A stretch of DNA of 64,000 nucleotides, taken from Flectonema sp. DT1601. Taxonomy: Eukaryota. Where the stretch lies: contig OZ025799.1 in NCBI GenBank assembly GCA_964019425.1, positions 186,001-250,000 of the forward strand, read 5' to 3'. Shown one piece after another: positions 20,483-31,044 of the stretch; the stretch's first letter is position 1, and the number at the start of each line of letters is the position of its first letter. The notes beneath the pieces are model-generated. The model had not been told where the DNA came from. It was given only the letters and a program-made list of their open reading frames with translations, and searched no databases. Both the position numbers and the translations under genes were made by a program.

Positions 20483-21601
20483 CTACAATCCAGATTGCAC
20501 AAGTAGTTTGAGATATTTAGTCGAATGTTTCGATCCGATGGAGAGAAGGAGATCGCAAGAGGGGTGCGGTTTAACTGTTTTCGTCGTCTTTAGCAGGGAC
20601 GCTGAATATGATCCAGATAGTTGTAGTAAAGTGAGTCCATCAGATGATCCCTTCGCACAATTCATTAATATTGAAAGCCCTGTTGTCTGACCTGTCGCAG
20701 AAGCCATGAGAATTCTCAGACCATCTCCGTGTTTTGTTACAGTTTTGAGATAGTTCGCAGAATTGTTTAACATTTCGATACCAATTTGACCCTTTGAAGC
20801 TGTTCGAAGAACTTTCAATCCATCACCTGATTGCTGAAATGATAAGGTCTCAATTAATAAACAAATACCTCCTTGATTCTCACTACCAGCTTTCTGAAGA
20901 ATCTTAAGACCCAGTCCTGTCTTTTCACTAAAAAGTGATTGATCTCCAGCCGCTGCAAGCAGCGCTCTCAATCCAATGCTGTCATCACTACTAGTAGCTT
21001 GTAAGACTTCAAGACCGGCTCCTTTGCGTTGATCAGGGTTGTTATTTGTGATGGAATTTGATTGTTTAGAATTAGTCAGCAATTCAACACCAGGATGTCT
21101 TGTCTCAGAACTGCATACGGTTGATAACATTTGAAGACCATCTCCTTTTACTAATTCAACGTTTGTTGATATAGTTGTTGCAATACCTTCTGTTGATAGT
21201 TCCTTTACTGTTGAGGTAGATTTTATATGTGGAACTGTAGGCATTGCTTGTAGATAAGCCAAGACTCTGAAGACTTCCCTAAACTCTAGTCTGTTTAAAA
21301 TCATAAGTCCATCACCACGTTGATACTCGGAAGCCTTACTCTGAAGTTTTGACTCAGGTTGCTTCTCTACTGCTGGTTGCTGTTTAACTTCCTCAGGTTT
21401 CTTTACTTTTTCGATTGATTTCTTTGTAGTCCTTCCTCCCTTAAGTAACATTTGCATGTCTGCGCCTTGTAAGTATTTCAAAAGGCTACCCACAGCATCT
21501 TCAGGATGTGCTTTCAACAGATGCAGCAACATCTCGTTTAAAATAAAAGCAATGTTCTTCTCCCTAGTGTAACGTATGTTGATTGCATTGCAACCAACCA
21601 T
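20483..21601 (-). CDS. Protein with N-terminal RIIa/Dpy-30-like domain and degenerate G-x-G-L-x-I-L repeats
   Basis: YTREKNIAFILNEMLLHLLKAHPEDAVGSLLKYL (D/D-like), then ~12 motifs such as GDGLMIL, GDGLQML, GAGLEVL, GLGLKIL, GDGLKVL, GDGLRIL. Confidence 0.65.
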   Translation of the reverse strand: MVGCNAINIRYTREKNIAFILNEMLLHLLKAHPEDAVGSLLKYLQGADMQMLLKGGRTTKKSIEKVKKPEEVKQQPAVEKQPESKLQSKASEYQRGDGLMILNRLEFREVFRVLAYLQAMPTVPHIKSTSTVKELSTEGIATTISTNVELVKGDGLQMLSTVCSSETRHPGVELLTNSKQSNSITNNNPDQRKGAGLEVLQATSSDDSIGLRALLAAAGDQSLFSEKTGLGLKILQKAGSENQGGICLLIETLSFQQSGDGLKVLRTASKGQIGIEMLNNSANYLKTVTKHGDGLRILMASATGQTTGLSILMNCAKGSSDGLTLLQLSGSYSASLLKTTKTVKPHPSCDLLLSIGSKHSTKYLKLLVQSGL

Positions 21602-23517
21602 GTTGTCGTAAGAGGGCTGCTTCTGGGAAGGGAAGTAATATTTTTTATTTAAATAATTTAATTATCGAATCATATATTCCTTTTTGTAATTATGAGTCAG
21701 CTACGACTATTTACTGAAACAAACAATCAACACCCACTCCATATGAATTACTCTCAGAATGGAGGTTACTTTTGTTGGTCTGCCTGATGAAGTGCACTCG
21801 TAGTTTGGGGAAGAAAGGAAATCAAAAGGAGAGATCATAACTGCTCAGCTGATCTGATCGATTTGGTCAGGCTGAAGCACCGAAAAACCGGGAAATGGAT
21901 AGCGAGTCTAGTCGCAGATATCACTCACTCTGCTGGCCTCTTAACGGTTTTGCTATCATTCTGAGTACGTAACGTTAGTGTTTATTCGTTATTTTTCTTT
22001 TTCCTATTTTTGTTCCTTTTTTTAATTCGTTTCCGTTCTTTCGTGATGTGCAAAAACTAACTCATCAGTAGCAGAAAGGCCACAAACGATACAAGAACTC
22101 AGTACCAGGTTGATTGTTTCTACTTACAACAACACTTAAGAAATTTGGAATCTCAGTGTTGATATTGAGAATTTTTGTTGAAAACGAGAATGGAAGAAAA
22201 GACGTTTCCCTTAAGGTACGTAGAATAACAGATTTCCTTAAAGGGTGTTAGCAGAATGTTATAAACAAGAAAGCGCCCAAGATTGACAAGCAATGAAAAG
22301 ATTCCTGCTGTTAATATTTCAGATTGAATTTTGTTATTTTTTATTCTGTGAACTAACAAGGAAAACTAGAGAAAAAAGAAGAAAGAAAAAGAAAAACCGA
22401 CAAGATTAGAAGCTGGACACCAACTACCAGTCACAAATTATTTTAGAAGTTATCTTGCGAAGAACGAGGTAAAGCTGCTTAAAACTTCGGAAATGTCTCA
22501 AATGCGGAAGGGAAGACTCAACAAGTTAAAAACTTGAAAAAGGTACATCGGATACACTCACCGAAGCAAGCAGCAATGACATAAAATAATAACTTGAGGG
22601 TTGTCAAGTAGTCGTCAAGGAGAGAACAACAAAGATCAGCCATCCTGCGATCACTGATCTCTTTATTGCTATCAACAGCGATAAGGCACAAATAAGAGGT
22701 TTATAAGAGAACAAGAAGACCATCAGCTACGAACACTAACGTAATACTAAATCACAGCTACAACCATATTCAGTCAGGGCTAACAACGTCAACTTATGAG
22801 TTTAAGAGAGGAAAAGGTTAAGAAAAATCAACATCCAGTACCAACGTATTAGCCACAATAAGCACAAGAGTTTGCATCTCATTGATGTTATTTTTGATTA
22901 AAGGTAAGAACAGCTATCACCTATCTATACAAAAATGAGATTAACATTGTTTTATGACTTTTTTTTCGATACCTCTATGAGGCTGTTAATGGAGATTAAC
23001 ATGCTATGGAGAAGGACAAAGAGAGGAAGCATCGCCAGGTTGGGACAGATAGATACCATCACGCCTCACATCATAATGAGGGGTAATGAATGACTAGACT
23101 CACAACAGTGACCAGAAAAAAAATTATAAAAATTTTAAATGGAGTTTGAGAAAAAACACAAAAGGGTCAAAAAAAGATAATTTTCATTGCCAATCACAAC
23201 TGACAAAGAGAGAGGTAGAGAAAAACTTTTGTACGCGATGACCCTTTTTTTTTTTTTTTTTTTTTTTCTCATTGTTTCACTGACAGGCTGGAATAAGCTC
23301 AACTTACCAACGTGGTCAGTATCAGAGTACTGTAAGGAGTACATAGGTAGAATTATAATAGTAAAGAAGTGAAAGGATCAGACGATAAATTGTGGTAACA
23401 ATCGTCCCATGTTCATTATTTTTTATTCAAAAAAAAGAAGAGAGGAAAAATATTTAAAAAATAAAAAATAAATCAGTGTTGAAACTGAAAAGAAGACAAA
23501 TATTGAAAGCATCACTT

Positions 23518-25062
23518 TTACTTTCCAACAATTCCGTTGTAGTCGGCACACTGATACGGAAGAAGACTTTCAGCAATTATGTTTGGATATTTTCTTTTTG
23601 GGGAAACATGCATATCCCTCAGTAGAATATCATGGTAATGAGTCTGGTGAAGCAACACTTGATTCGCGCGAGACGGGTGATTTGGAATGAAAGATCTCGC
23701 CCAATGTTTAAGTGCTTCTATACCATTGCTAATAACTTGCTCAGATGGTAGGCTACCTGCTGCTATATGTCTTGCTAACCACTCTGCCTGAAGACCAGAT
23801 GTCAGCACGTTGTACAGTGTCCCAATCTCGCTGCCTACAAAAGCTAAATTATTAACATTCTTCGGAAGCATAAAACGATATAAATAAAGACCGTCCTCTT
23901 CGATTCCGAGTGACTTCACAATTTCATCTTCAAAGTAGGAATATCTTTTTCTGTATCCAGTGGCATAAATAATAAGATTCGAATCAAGCTTGTCGCCGTC
24001 CTTCAATACTATACCGTCCTTACATAGACTGCTGACTTCACCTTTTTTACTCGAGATTGTGCCTGCAGCGACATTTTGTTTTAATTCAGTGTTGATTAGG
24101 TAAGCACATTGGTAAAGGTCAGGCACTATTCCACTCTTCGGTCTGAAGTCTCCTTTTAGTCCAAGCTGATAGGCAAATAGTATTTCCAATAATTTGAAAA
24201 TAGGTTTCGTAATAGGTTTTGAAATCTTACAAAAAAGACGAATCGGAAGCGAAGAATCCGGAAGCGGAGCACTCTCCCCTGCCACCAAAGCTCCACCAAA
24301 ACGACTAGAAACAACGTATTGAAATGGTATAACACCTGCGATCATACGAGGTGTAGGCCAGTGAGGTTTTCTCTGCAACATAGTAACACTCTTAGCTGGT
24401 GACTTTGAAGCAGCAATTGCAACATCGACCGCAGTTTTGCCACCTCCGATGACGACAACATTCTTGTCTTTGGCGATGTCTTTATTCGTGAAATCAACAC
24501 CGTGGATGAGTTCCCCTTGATAGGTATCAATTCCTTCAGTAAAAGGAGGTTCCTTTTTAGTACCGTACATTCCAGTGCATACCGTTAGAAAATCGAATTC
24601 ATGAGTCTTTGAATCACCTCCTCCAACAGGAACGGTAGTAACTGTCCATCCTTCTCCACTTCTCTTAACAGATGATACTGTTGTATTCAGTTGTAGATTG
24701 TCACGTAGATTGAAGTGATCAGTGAAGTCTTCAATGTACTGATGGATCTGTTCTCCAGTTGGATAGGATCCCCATCGAACTTTCTTGTGCGGAAAGTCTG
24801 GAAATTCGTAGAGCTGCTTCATCACCTGGAGTCCAAAACCTTCGTAGTTTTCTATCCAAACACCTCCAACTCTGGAAGCACTGTCGAAAGCAGTGACAGG
24901 AATACCACGTTCCGTCAGTGATCTTACTGTCTGTAACCCGGCTACACCACATCCCATTACACAGACTCGAGGACTTGTTTTTCTATTAGAAATACCAGCC
25001 CATTGCCTGAGAAAAGGAAACTTTCGAGTAACAAATCGAAACCTACAACAGGTGTTCATCAT
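23518..25062 (-). CDS. Flavin-containing monooxygenase (FMO-like)
   Basis: FAD motif GCGVAGL, GGVW, FxGxxxHxxxF-like YQGELIHGVDF, NADPH motif VVVIGGGKTAVD, and YATGY. Possible mitochondrial presequence. Confidence 0.92.
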   Translation of the reverse strand: MMNTCCRFRFVTRKFPFLRQWAGISNRKTSPRVCVMGCGVAGLQTVRSLTERGIPVTAFDSASRVGGVWIENYEGFGLQVMKQLYEFPDFPHKKVRWGSYPTGEQIHQYIEDFTDHFNLRDNLQLNTTVSSVKRSGEGWTVTTVPVGGGDSKTHEFDFLTVCTGMYGTKKEPPFTEGIDTYQGELIHGVDFTNKDIAKDKNVVVIGGGKTAVDVAIAASKSPAKSVTMLQRKPHWPTPRMIAGVIPFQYVVSSRFGGALVAGESAPLPDSSLPIRLFCKISKPITKPIFKLLEILFAYQLGLKGDFRPKSGIVPDLYQCAYLINTELKQNVAAGTISSKKGEVSSLCKDGIVLKDGDKLDSNLIIYATGYRKRYSYFEDEIVKSLGIEEDGLYLYRFMLPKNVNNLAFVGSEIGTLYNVLTSGLQAEWLARHIAAGSLPSEQVISNGIEALKHWARSFIPNHPSRANQVLLHQTHYHDILLRDMHVSPKRKYPNIIAESLLPYQCADYNGIVGK

Positions 25063-27107
25063 TTTAGTGATTTAAGAAACTGATAAAATAATAGATTCAC
25101 TTTGCGAAGGTTTTTGTATTTTTCTCCAACAATGTTTTTCTACTATATAAATTGTTAAAGTCTGAAAATGGGGTACCCAGACCCGCTAACTATTTTACAC
25201 ATTCGCCTCAGCCATACTCTATGTTACTGGAAGGGGTGACAAACAACTGATGTGCGGGGAACTCCCAGAATTTTGGTTCAGAGACCTACCATGCGGTAGT
25301 TTTCGTTGATCTATACAAGGCTTGTAAACACCTTTCACCGCTTTTCAGGTTCCAGCAAATTTCAGAGAGGTGATTTAAAATTCTGAGGAGGATGAGATTC
25401 TTAATGAATCCTCTGAGCAGTTACAGAGTTCAACGAGTTTTAGTTTCTTCAGCTTTTTTCCTCCGAGTGTAGTGTTCTCGGATTTAGCCAGAAAGAAAAC
25501 TCGTGGATTTTATCTTCAAGGAGTTACATAACCTTGACTTGATATTGATACGTTGGTCTCATTCTTTTATCAGCTTGCAAGATTATTTATTTATTTACGA
25601 AGCCTAGGAAGCCAAATGCCAGGAAAAGCTCAACAGGGTAACAGTTATAGCGCTACCAGCAACCGTGAGACTCTCACAGACGATAAGAGACGTAGAATAA
25701 CCTGGAACAAATGACTACCTAAACCCACCGTCCACGCGAGCAGACAGTGTTAGAGACGGCTGATAAATAGATAGGTAGCACATCAGCTGCTAAGAAACGA
25801 ACGAGAACAAAAAAAAATAAATAAAAAAAACTTTGGTTTTCTTGCCTGGGCTTCATTCCATCAGGCGAGATATGTAGAGATAGATGGCACATGTGTGATG
25901 ATATTCTCAGCATGAGGGATTTAAAGTTATTCATAATTACCAAAGATAGTTTAATCAGATTATTTAGGTTTATCAAAGAAAATAGAAGACAGAATACTAG
26001 CAGACAAAGAAAAGTAAAAGAACTGGACTAGCATGTGGTTTCTTCCCGGAATTTGAAAAAAAAAAAAAAAAAAAAAAAAAAAACAGAGGAAAGTAAGTAT
26101 TACTTAGTATAACAAAATTCGTTTCTTTTTTTGTATCTTTTTAAACTGATCTTTTTTTTTTTTCTCTCTCTTTTTTAACAATGAGGACAAAAAAAAGAAC
26201 AAGCAGTTTAAATTGGAAGATAAGAAAGGAAGCCAATAATTGAAGCTGTTTCACAACAAGTGATAATTCAATATACTAACTTACACTTAGTTAGTATTAA
26301 TGGTTATCAATCAAAAGAAGGGGAGAGGGCGGGAAAATTCAAATCGAATGCAAAAGTTCGTAGGACTTACACTTAGTTAGTTAGTATTTTACAGACGTCA
26401 TCACTAATCGAGAAGTGTTCACTAAATCGTAAGGACATCAAACAACTAAAGGTTTAGTTTTTTCCCCTCAAATTTCTAAAAGGTGATGTCTTGCTACAGC
26501 AAATTGACACTTATTTGCTTCTCAATAATATTATAGTTAGTAAAACAAAACAATAATAAAAAAAAAGTATAGGTCGACGGAAAAACCACAAAGTGGCCAC
26601 ACGAAACTGTAATCCGGGTTAGAGTAAAACAAGTTAACCTGAGGACAGAATGGACTACAAACTACTGCCGATAATATTTTTTAAAGAAAAATTATACAAA
26701 TTAATAAGAAATTCCTGTCGAAGCCCACAGTAAACTAATGAGCTTCTGAGGTAGGGAAGCATCATTTCGTATTAAATATTTTTTTTATTTTAGAAGCCAA
26801 ATGCAAATTCTAACGTTACTCAGCACGTTATTATTTGCATTTGCTCATTTCGTTCGCTTTTTCGAAAGTAGAGATCTATCTCATTATAAAAAGTTTTCCA
26901 CTTTTTTTTTTTTTTTTTTTGACAGCTGGGTTCCCCCTTCCATCTCGATTAGCTGACAATAGTCGCATCTCACAGAGAGGAGATCTTCTAAAAAACAGAA
27001 AACTTTATCACAAACGACGTTGCAATCATGGAATGAAGAAAAAAAAACGAATAAACAAACAAGTAAACGCGAAACAATCAAATTCGGATAAATAGAAAGG
27101 CTGAAAA

Positions 27108-27139
<32 letters not shown>

Positions 27140-27409
27140 GAGATTTTCGCTATTGGGGGGTCCAATAATTCCATTTTCGCTATTCAGTAAAAGAATTTTT
27201 TTTTTTTTCGCTGTTCACTGAATATGATAATTTTTTTTCGCTATTCACTGAAAGTGATAATTTTTTTTCTCCATTCAGTAACAAAAAAAAAAAAATTTTC
27301 GCTGTTCATGAAAAAAAAAAAAAAAAAATTGGCACTTTTTTTGCCCACCAAAATATCCTTGAACATTTTCATACAAATCTGTGAATAAATGGAAAAAAAT
27401 AAGGAGGCG

Positions 27410-27698
27410 CTAAAGCTCTCCGCCAGGTTGGAACGACTTTTTCATCGCTGTGTCGAGGCCTTTCTGCTGGTCTGACATCAGTGCATACCCGTCGAAAAAA
27501 TCTTCACCAAGCGATTTTCCCCACTACGTGGCTTGTCTTAAACCCCCTTCCCGAAGAACAAGAAGCGAGGGTTACCCTCGCGCGAAGTGCATCAAAGGAT
27601 TGAAAGGTTCCCTCAATACTAGGTCTTGTGTCAGCCAAAGCTGAGGCAGGCTGAGTTTCAGTGGCAGCAGGTTGAGTTTCAACTATGTTTCCGGGCAT
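27410..27698 (-). pseudogene. MULE transposase remnants
   Basis: ORF 27504-27698 contains GTFQSFDALRARVTLASCSSGRGF (MuDR N-terminal-like). A different frame immediately downstream reads LGEDFFDGYALMSDQQKGLDTAMKKSF, matching the MULE catalytic-region motif SDxxKGLxxA. Confidence 0.6.
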
Positions 27699-28478
27699 CT
27701 TAGAGATTGAGAATAAGAGTTCGTAGTAAAAGAGTAAAAGCCTAGAGAGACAGAAAAACGTTTATGATTAGGAACTTGTACGTTTTACCGAACGAAGCAT
27801 CGTAGCCGACCAGTTTCCTTCGAGAATCCGCAGATGGTGCAGGGCTAAACCGAGATGAGGAAGATAACACCCGCACACGGATGTTGAGATAACGTTTGTA
27901 TGATGTTCATCTGGCTTGACGAGATTAGCAAAGACAAGTACTCACGGAAAGGTTGGGTTGTTCGTCAGGTCCTGATAGTGTGCTCAGCCTCTGAAAAATT
28001 TACTGAGTGCATGCAAAGAACGGTATGTGTGCAGGGCTGGGTCACCTTACAGAGAACTGTTGTCCTCTTACACGTCATTCCAACCGAATTTCAAAGTCAA
28101 GACACCTGCGAGTTACAGACAGCCTGGTCGCAAGCGACACTCCTGTTTCTGACCGGGTTATCAGGGTATCTAACTCATGCAAGCATGAGAGCTTTTTTAA
28201 GGCTACTTTGAATTATCAAGAGCGCAGTACTGCCCGAAGGGTTCCCGCGTGTCAAGATGCATTTGCATGTACTGAGCAGAAGTTCCAGAAAGATTACTTT
28301 TATCATTTCCCAAGTCATCACATCTTTGACCGTTTGTGTTATTGGCTTTCAATCAATCCATTATCATAAATTCACAGATGAGTGTGCTGAATAGAAAGTA
28401 AAACGGCACAAAGCTTTTGTCCAAGTGACAAAAAAAATTGTTCAAGGTACCAGCATGTTCCCAGGAAAGAAGAAAAAG

Positions 28479-28528
<50 letters not shown>

Positions 28529-28554
28529 GGAAAAAAAAATTTTTTTTGGCAGTG

Positions 28555-28800
28555 GAAAAAGTTGTAACTTGTAGTGAACAGCGAAAAAAAATTTGCAACT
28601 TGTAGTGAATAGCGAAAAAAAATTTATAACTTGTAGTGAATAGCGAAAAAAAAATTTCAACTTCTAGCGAATAGCGAAAAAAATTTGTAACTTGTAGTGA
28701 ACAGCGAAAAAAAAAAATTTCTTTTACTGAACGGCGAAAAAAAATTATCACTTCTAGTGAACAGCGAAAAAAAAGTTACTGCTTTTAGTGAATAGCGAAA
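28555..28800 (+). repeat. Subterminal tandem ~30-bp repeats (AAAATTTGTAACTTGTAGTGAAYAGCG) of the right TIR
   Basis: About eight imperfect copies. Inverted, more degenerate copies (TTTTCGCTRTTCA) occur at 27144-27310. Confidence 0.85.
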
Positions 28801-29201
28801 ATGACATTATCAGGCACCCCAATAGCGAAAATCTCTTTTTTTTTTTTCAGAGGAAAAGATCTCCTCGCTTCACCCAATTTTTGATTTACTATGCTCCATA
28901 GCAAATTACTGAAAATAATGACACAAATAAGGTTCTTTTCATTCAATGAAAAAAAGATTTTGCACGATATTAATTACACGCGCAAAACACCGCTCGACAA
29001 AAAAGAAATCCTTTAATTATGTTGAAAATGGAATTGCGAACTACAATTATTCCAAAAAGGGGGATAATATTACGTTTTTTGAAGTAAGAAGAATATGAGA
29101 CCAGATTTACTACTTTTTGGGATAGTTAGCAGCAGTGACACGCACATAGAAAGAAGTCGAGAGAAGTTTCTCTCTGAGAAACAAAAATGAGAATAGTTTT
29201 T

Positions 29202-30449
29202 TTAAAAATAGATTCGATAAACTGAAAGCATTACAAGAGACACAGCCCACACAGAGGTTGTCACAACTATTGGCAACCCTGTCGGTACACTCCAGTCAAA
29301 GGCTCCTGCATAACGAAGACCTGAAATTAAGACCAAAAAGAATATAATTAAACGAGAAGTAGATTGTGATATCCTTGGAGCTAATATGTATTTTCCAAGA
29401 AGGAATCCTAACATTCCACATACAAACGCTGTGATGTGTACTGCTCCAGGTACAAAACCATCTGATATCGCGTGAGTAATTAAAGATTCAAGACACATTC
29501 CCCATGCTACAGGACCATACACAACTCTAATATCATCAATTGGAGTACCAGCAATAGCAAAATACGCCATCGCTGGAGGACCAGGTGCAGACACCACTCC
29601 AAACATGAATCCAGCAACCATTAAAGCACCAGCGTATCCTAGTAAGAATTTACCATCAGACTGCATGGTGTGTGGTGGGATTGCTTTTTTTATTCTTGAT
29701 ATGAGACAACAGGAAGATGAGGTGTCGTCGTCTTGAACTACCTCTGCGTCTGTTGAAGGTGAAACTTCTAATTCTTCTTCATTGAGTTCTTCATTGAGTT
29801 CTTCATTGAGTTCTTCATCGTCTTCTAGTTCCTTCATTTCTACACCGTTAGTTGACTCTCCTGCGTCTTCCTCAACGTCTAGAACTTCGTAGTTTGTTTG
29901 TGAAGTTTCTTGATGAATTGTATCATTGTGAGTGGTGGTTTTGTTCTTCTTTTTTGGAAGAAGAATCGAAGTTAGTTTCAGTGCAGCAATAACGACAAAC
30001 ACACACCCCGAAACGTACTTCACAGATTCCCTGTTCAGGAAGTAGATAAATATAACACCAGTCACAACACCAAGTGCTGAAGGAGGAATTGTTAAGAACA
30101 ACAGTGCGATTCGTTTTAATAATAATTTATTCATAACGCAGAGACTAAGTGACTGAATTCCAAATATCGCAACGGTTGAAACGATGATCGCGTCACGTAA
30201 ATCTCCTCCGAGACCTTCTCCACCTCCTTCGTCACATAAACTCATCGTGCCATTCGTTAGTTCCATGTCACTACATCCAGGGAATCCCATAACCCAACCT
30301 ACTTGCCATAGACATATGAATGTCAAGCCTGCTCCAAAAGCCGTAACGCCATTAACGGCTCCGGCAATAAACGCAACTAGTCCAGTAAATACACAAACTC
30401 TGATACATGTTGCACAGAAATAATATCCAGCACCACTGAATAGATTCAT
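29202..30449 (-). CDS. TauE/SafE (TSUP) family membrane transporter
   Basis: Two hydrophobic halves with the motifs GAVNGVTAFGAGL and AGFMFGVVSAPGPP, separated by an acidic loop containing a 12-bp (ELNE) repeat at ~29778-29815. Confidence 0.75.
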   Translation of the reverse strand: MNLFSGAGYYFCATCIRVCVFTGLVAFIAGAVNGVTAFGAGLTFICLWQVGWVMGFPGCSDMELTNGTMSLCDEGGGEGLGGDLRDAIIVSTVAIFGIQSLSLCVMNKLLLKRIALLFLTIPPSALGVVTGVIFIYFLNRESVKYVSGCVFVVIAALKLTSILLPKKKNKTTTHNDTIHQETSQTNYEVLDVEEDAGESTNGVEMKELEDDEELNEELNEELNEEELEVSPSTDAEVVQDDDTSSSCCLISRIKKAIPPHTMQSDGKFLLGYAGALMVAGFMFGVVSAPGPPAMAYFAIAGTPIDDIRVVYGPVAWGMCLESLITHAISDGFVPGAVHITAFVCGMLGFLLGKYILAPRISQSTSRLIIFFLVLISGLRYAGAFDWSVPTGLPIVVTTSVWAVSLVMLSVYRIYF

Positions 30450-30686
30450 AGCTGAAGCATTCTGATTATGAAAATGATGATATTAACTAAAGAAGCGAAC
30501 TGATTGAATTACTTTAAAGAGATGAAAGATGGTTTCCTTTTTTTTTTTGTTTTTTTTGGACTAAAATTATTATAACCACACAAATCTTGTCTGGTTTTTT
30601 TTGTTTTTAGCTGCACACACTGTGCAGTAACTTAATAATATAAAAATGTGAGAAGAAGGTATTTACGTAGAATAGAGTTGAAGATA

Positions 30687-30914
30687 TTACTGCCGACCAG
30701 TTGCCAGTTTCATTACTAATGCTTCTTCGCATCCCTGAAATAGTACTGCGTGGGCTGATGTGATGTCACTACTACCTAATGTGCTCTTCTCGAAGTCATC
30801 GATGCCACAATTAATTTTCTCCACTAAATCACAAGACGCTGTCAATCTCGTGACCAGATTTGTTAATTTATTGTGCACACGATCAGCGATCGTTTCAATG
30901 TTTTCATCCGACAT
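30687..30914 (-). CDS. Small hypothetical helical protein (75 aa, MSDENIETIAD...)
   Basis: ATG at 30914 shortly after a CTGCAG|G acceptor (~30932). Coding-like composition and same strand as all neighbours. Confidence 0.5.
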   Translation of the reverse strand: MSDENIETIADRVHNKLTNLVTRLTASCDLVEKINCGIDDFEKSTLGSSDITSAHAVLFQGCEEALVMKLATGRQ

Positions 30915-31044
30915 GAAGTGATGCAAACAACCTGCAGAAGTGTTTTGATGAAAAGAAATATCAACCAGTTGTATTGATTAACATAAAAGGTCAGGGTAAC
31001 AAACACCAAAAAAAAAGAAGAAGAAAAAATTCCAATACTCCCTT

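Larger units (their letters stand above)
27140..28835. mobile_element. Non-autonomous (internally deleted) Mutator-like DNA transposon with long repetitive TIRs
   Basis: The left end GAGATTTTCGCTATTGGGG (27140) is the exact reverse complement of the right end CCCCAATAGCGAAAATCTC (28835). Imperfect inverted similarity extends through ~30-bp subterminal repeats. Both flanks are T-runs. Internal minus-strand remnants resemble MULE transposase. Confidence 0.8.

Noticed and set aside
21784..21855. CTGATGA...GAAA / TGATGA...CTGA as a hammerhead ribozyme or box C/D snoRNA
   Set aside because: No convincing stem II or terminal stem, and it lies on the strand opposite the gene cluster.
28555..28800. 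CRISPR-like appearance of the ~30-bp repeats
   Set aside because: No unique spacers, no cas genes, eukaryotic context; they are transposon subterminal repeats.
30687..30914. Assigning the 75-aa protein to a DASH/Dam1 or other small complex subunit
   Set aside because: Only generic helical similarity; no diagnostic motif.
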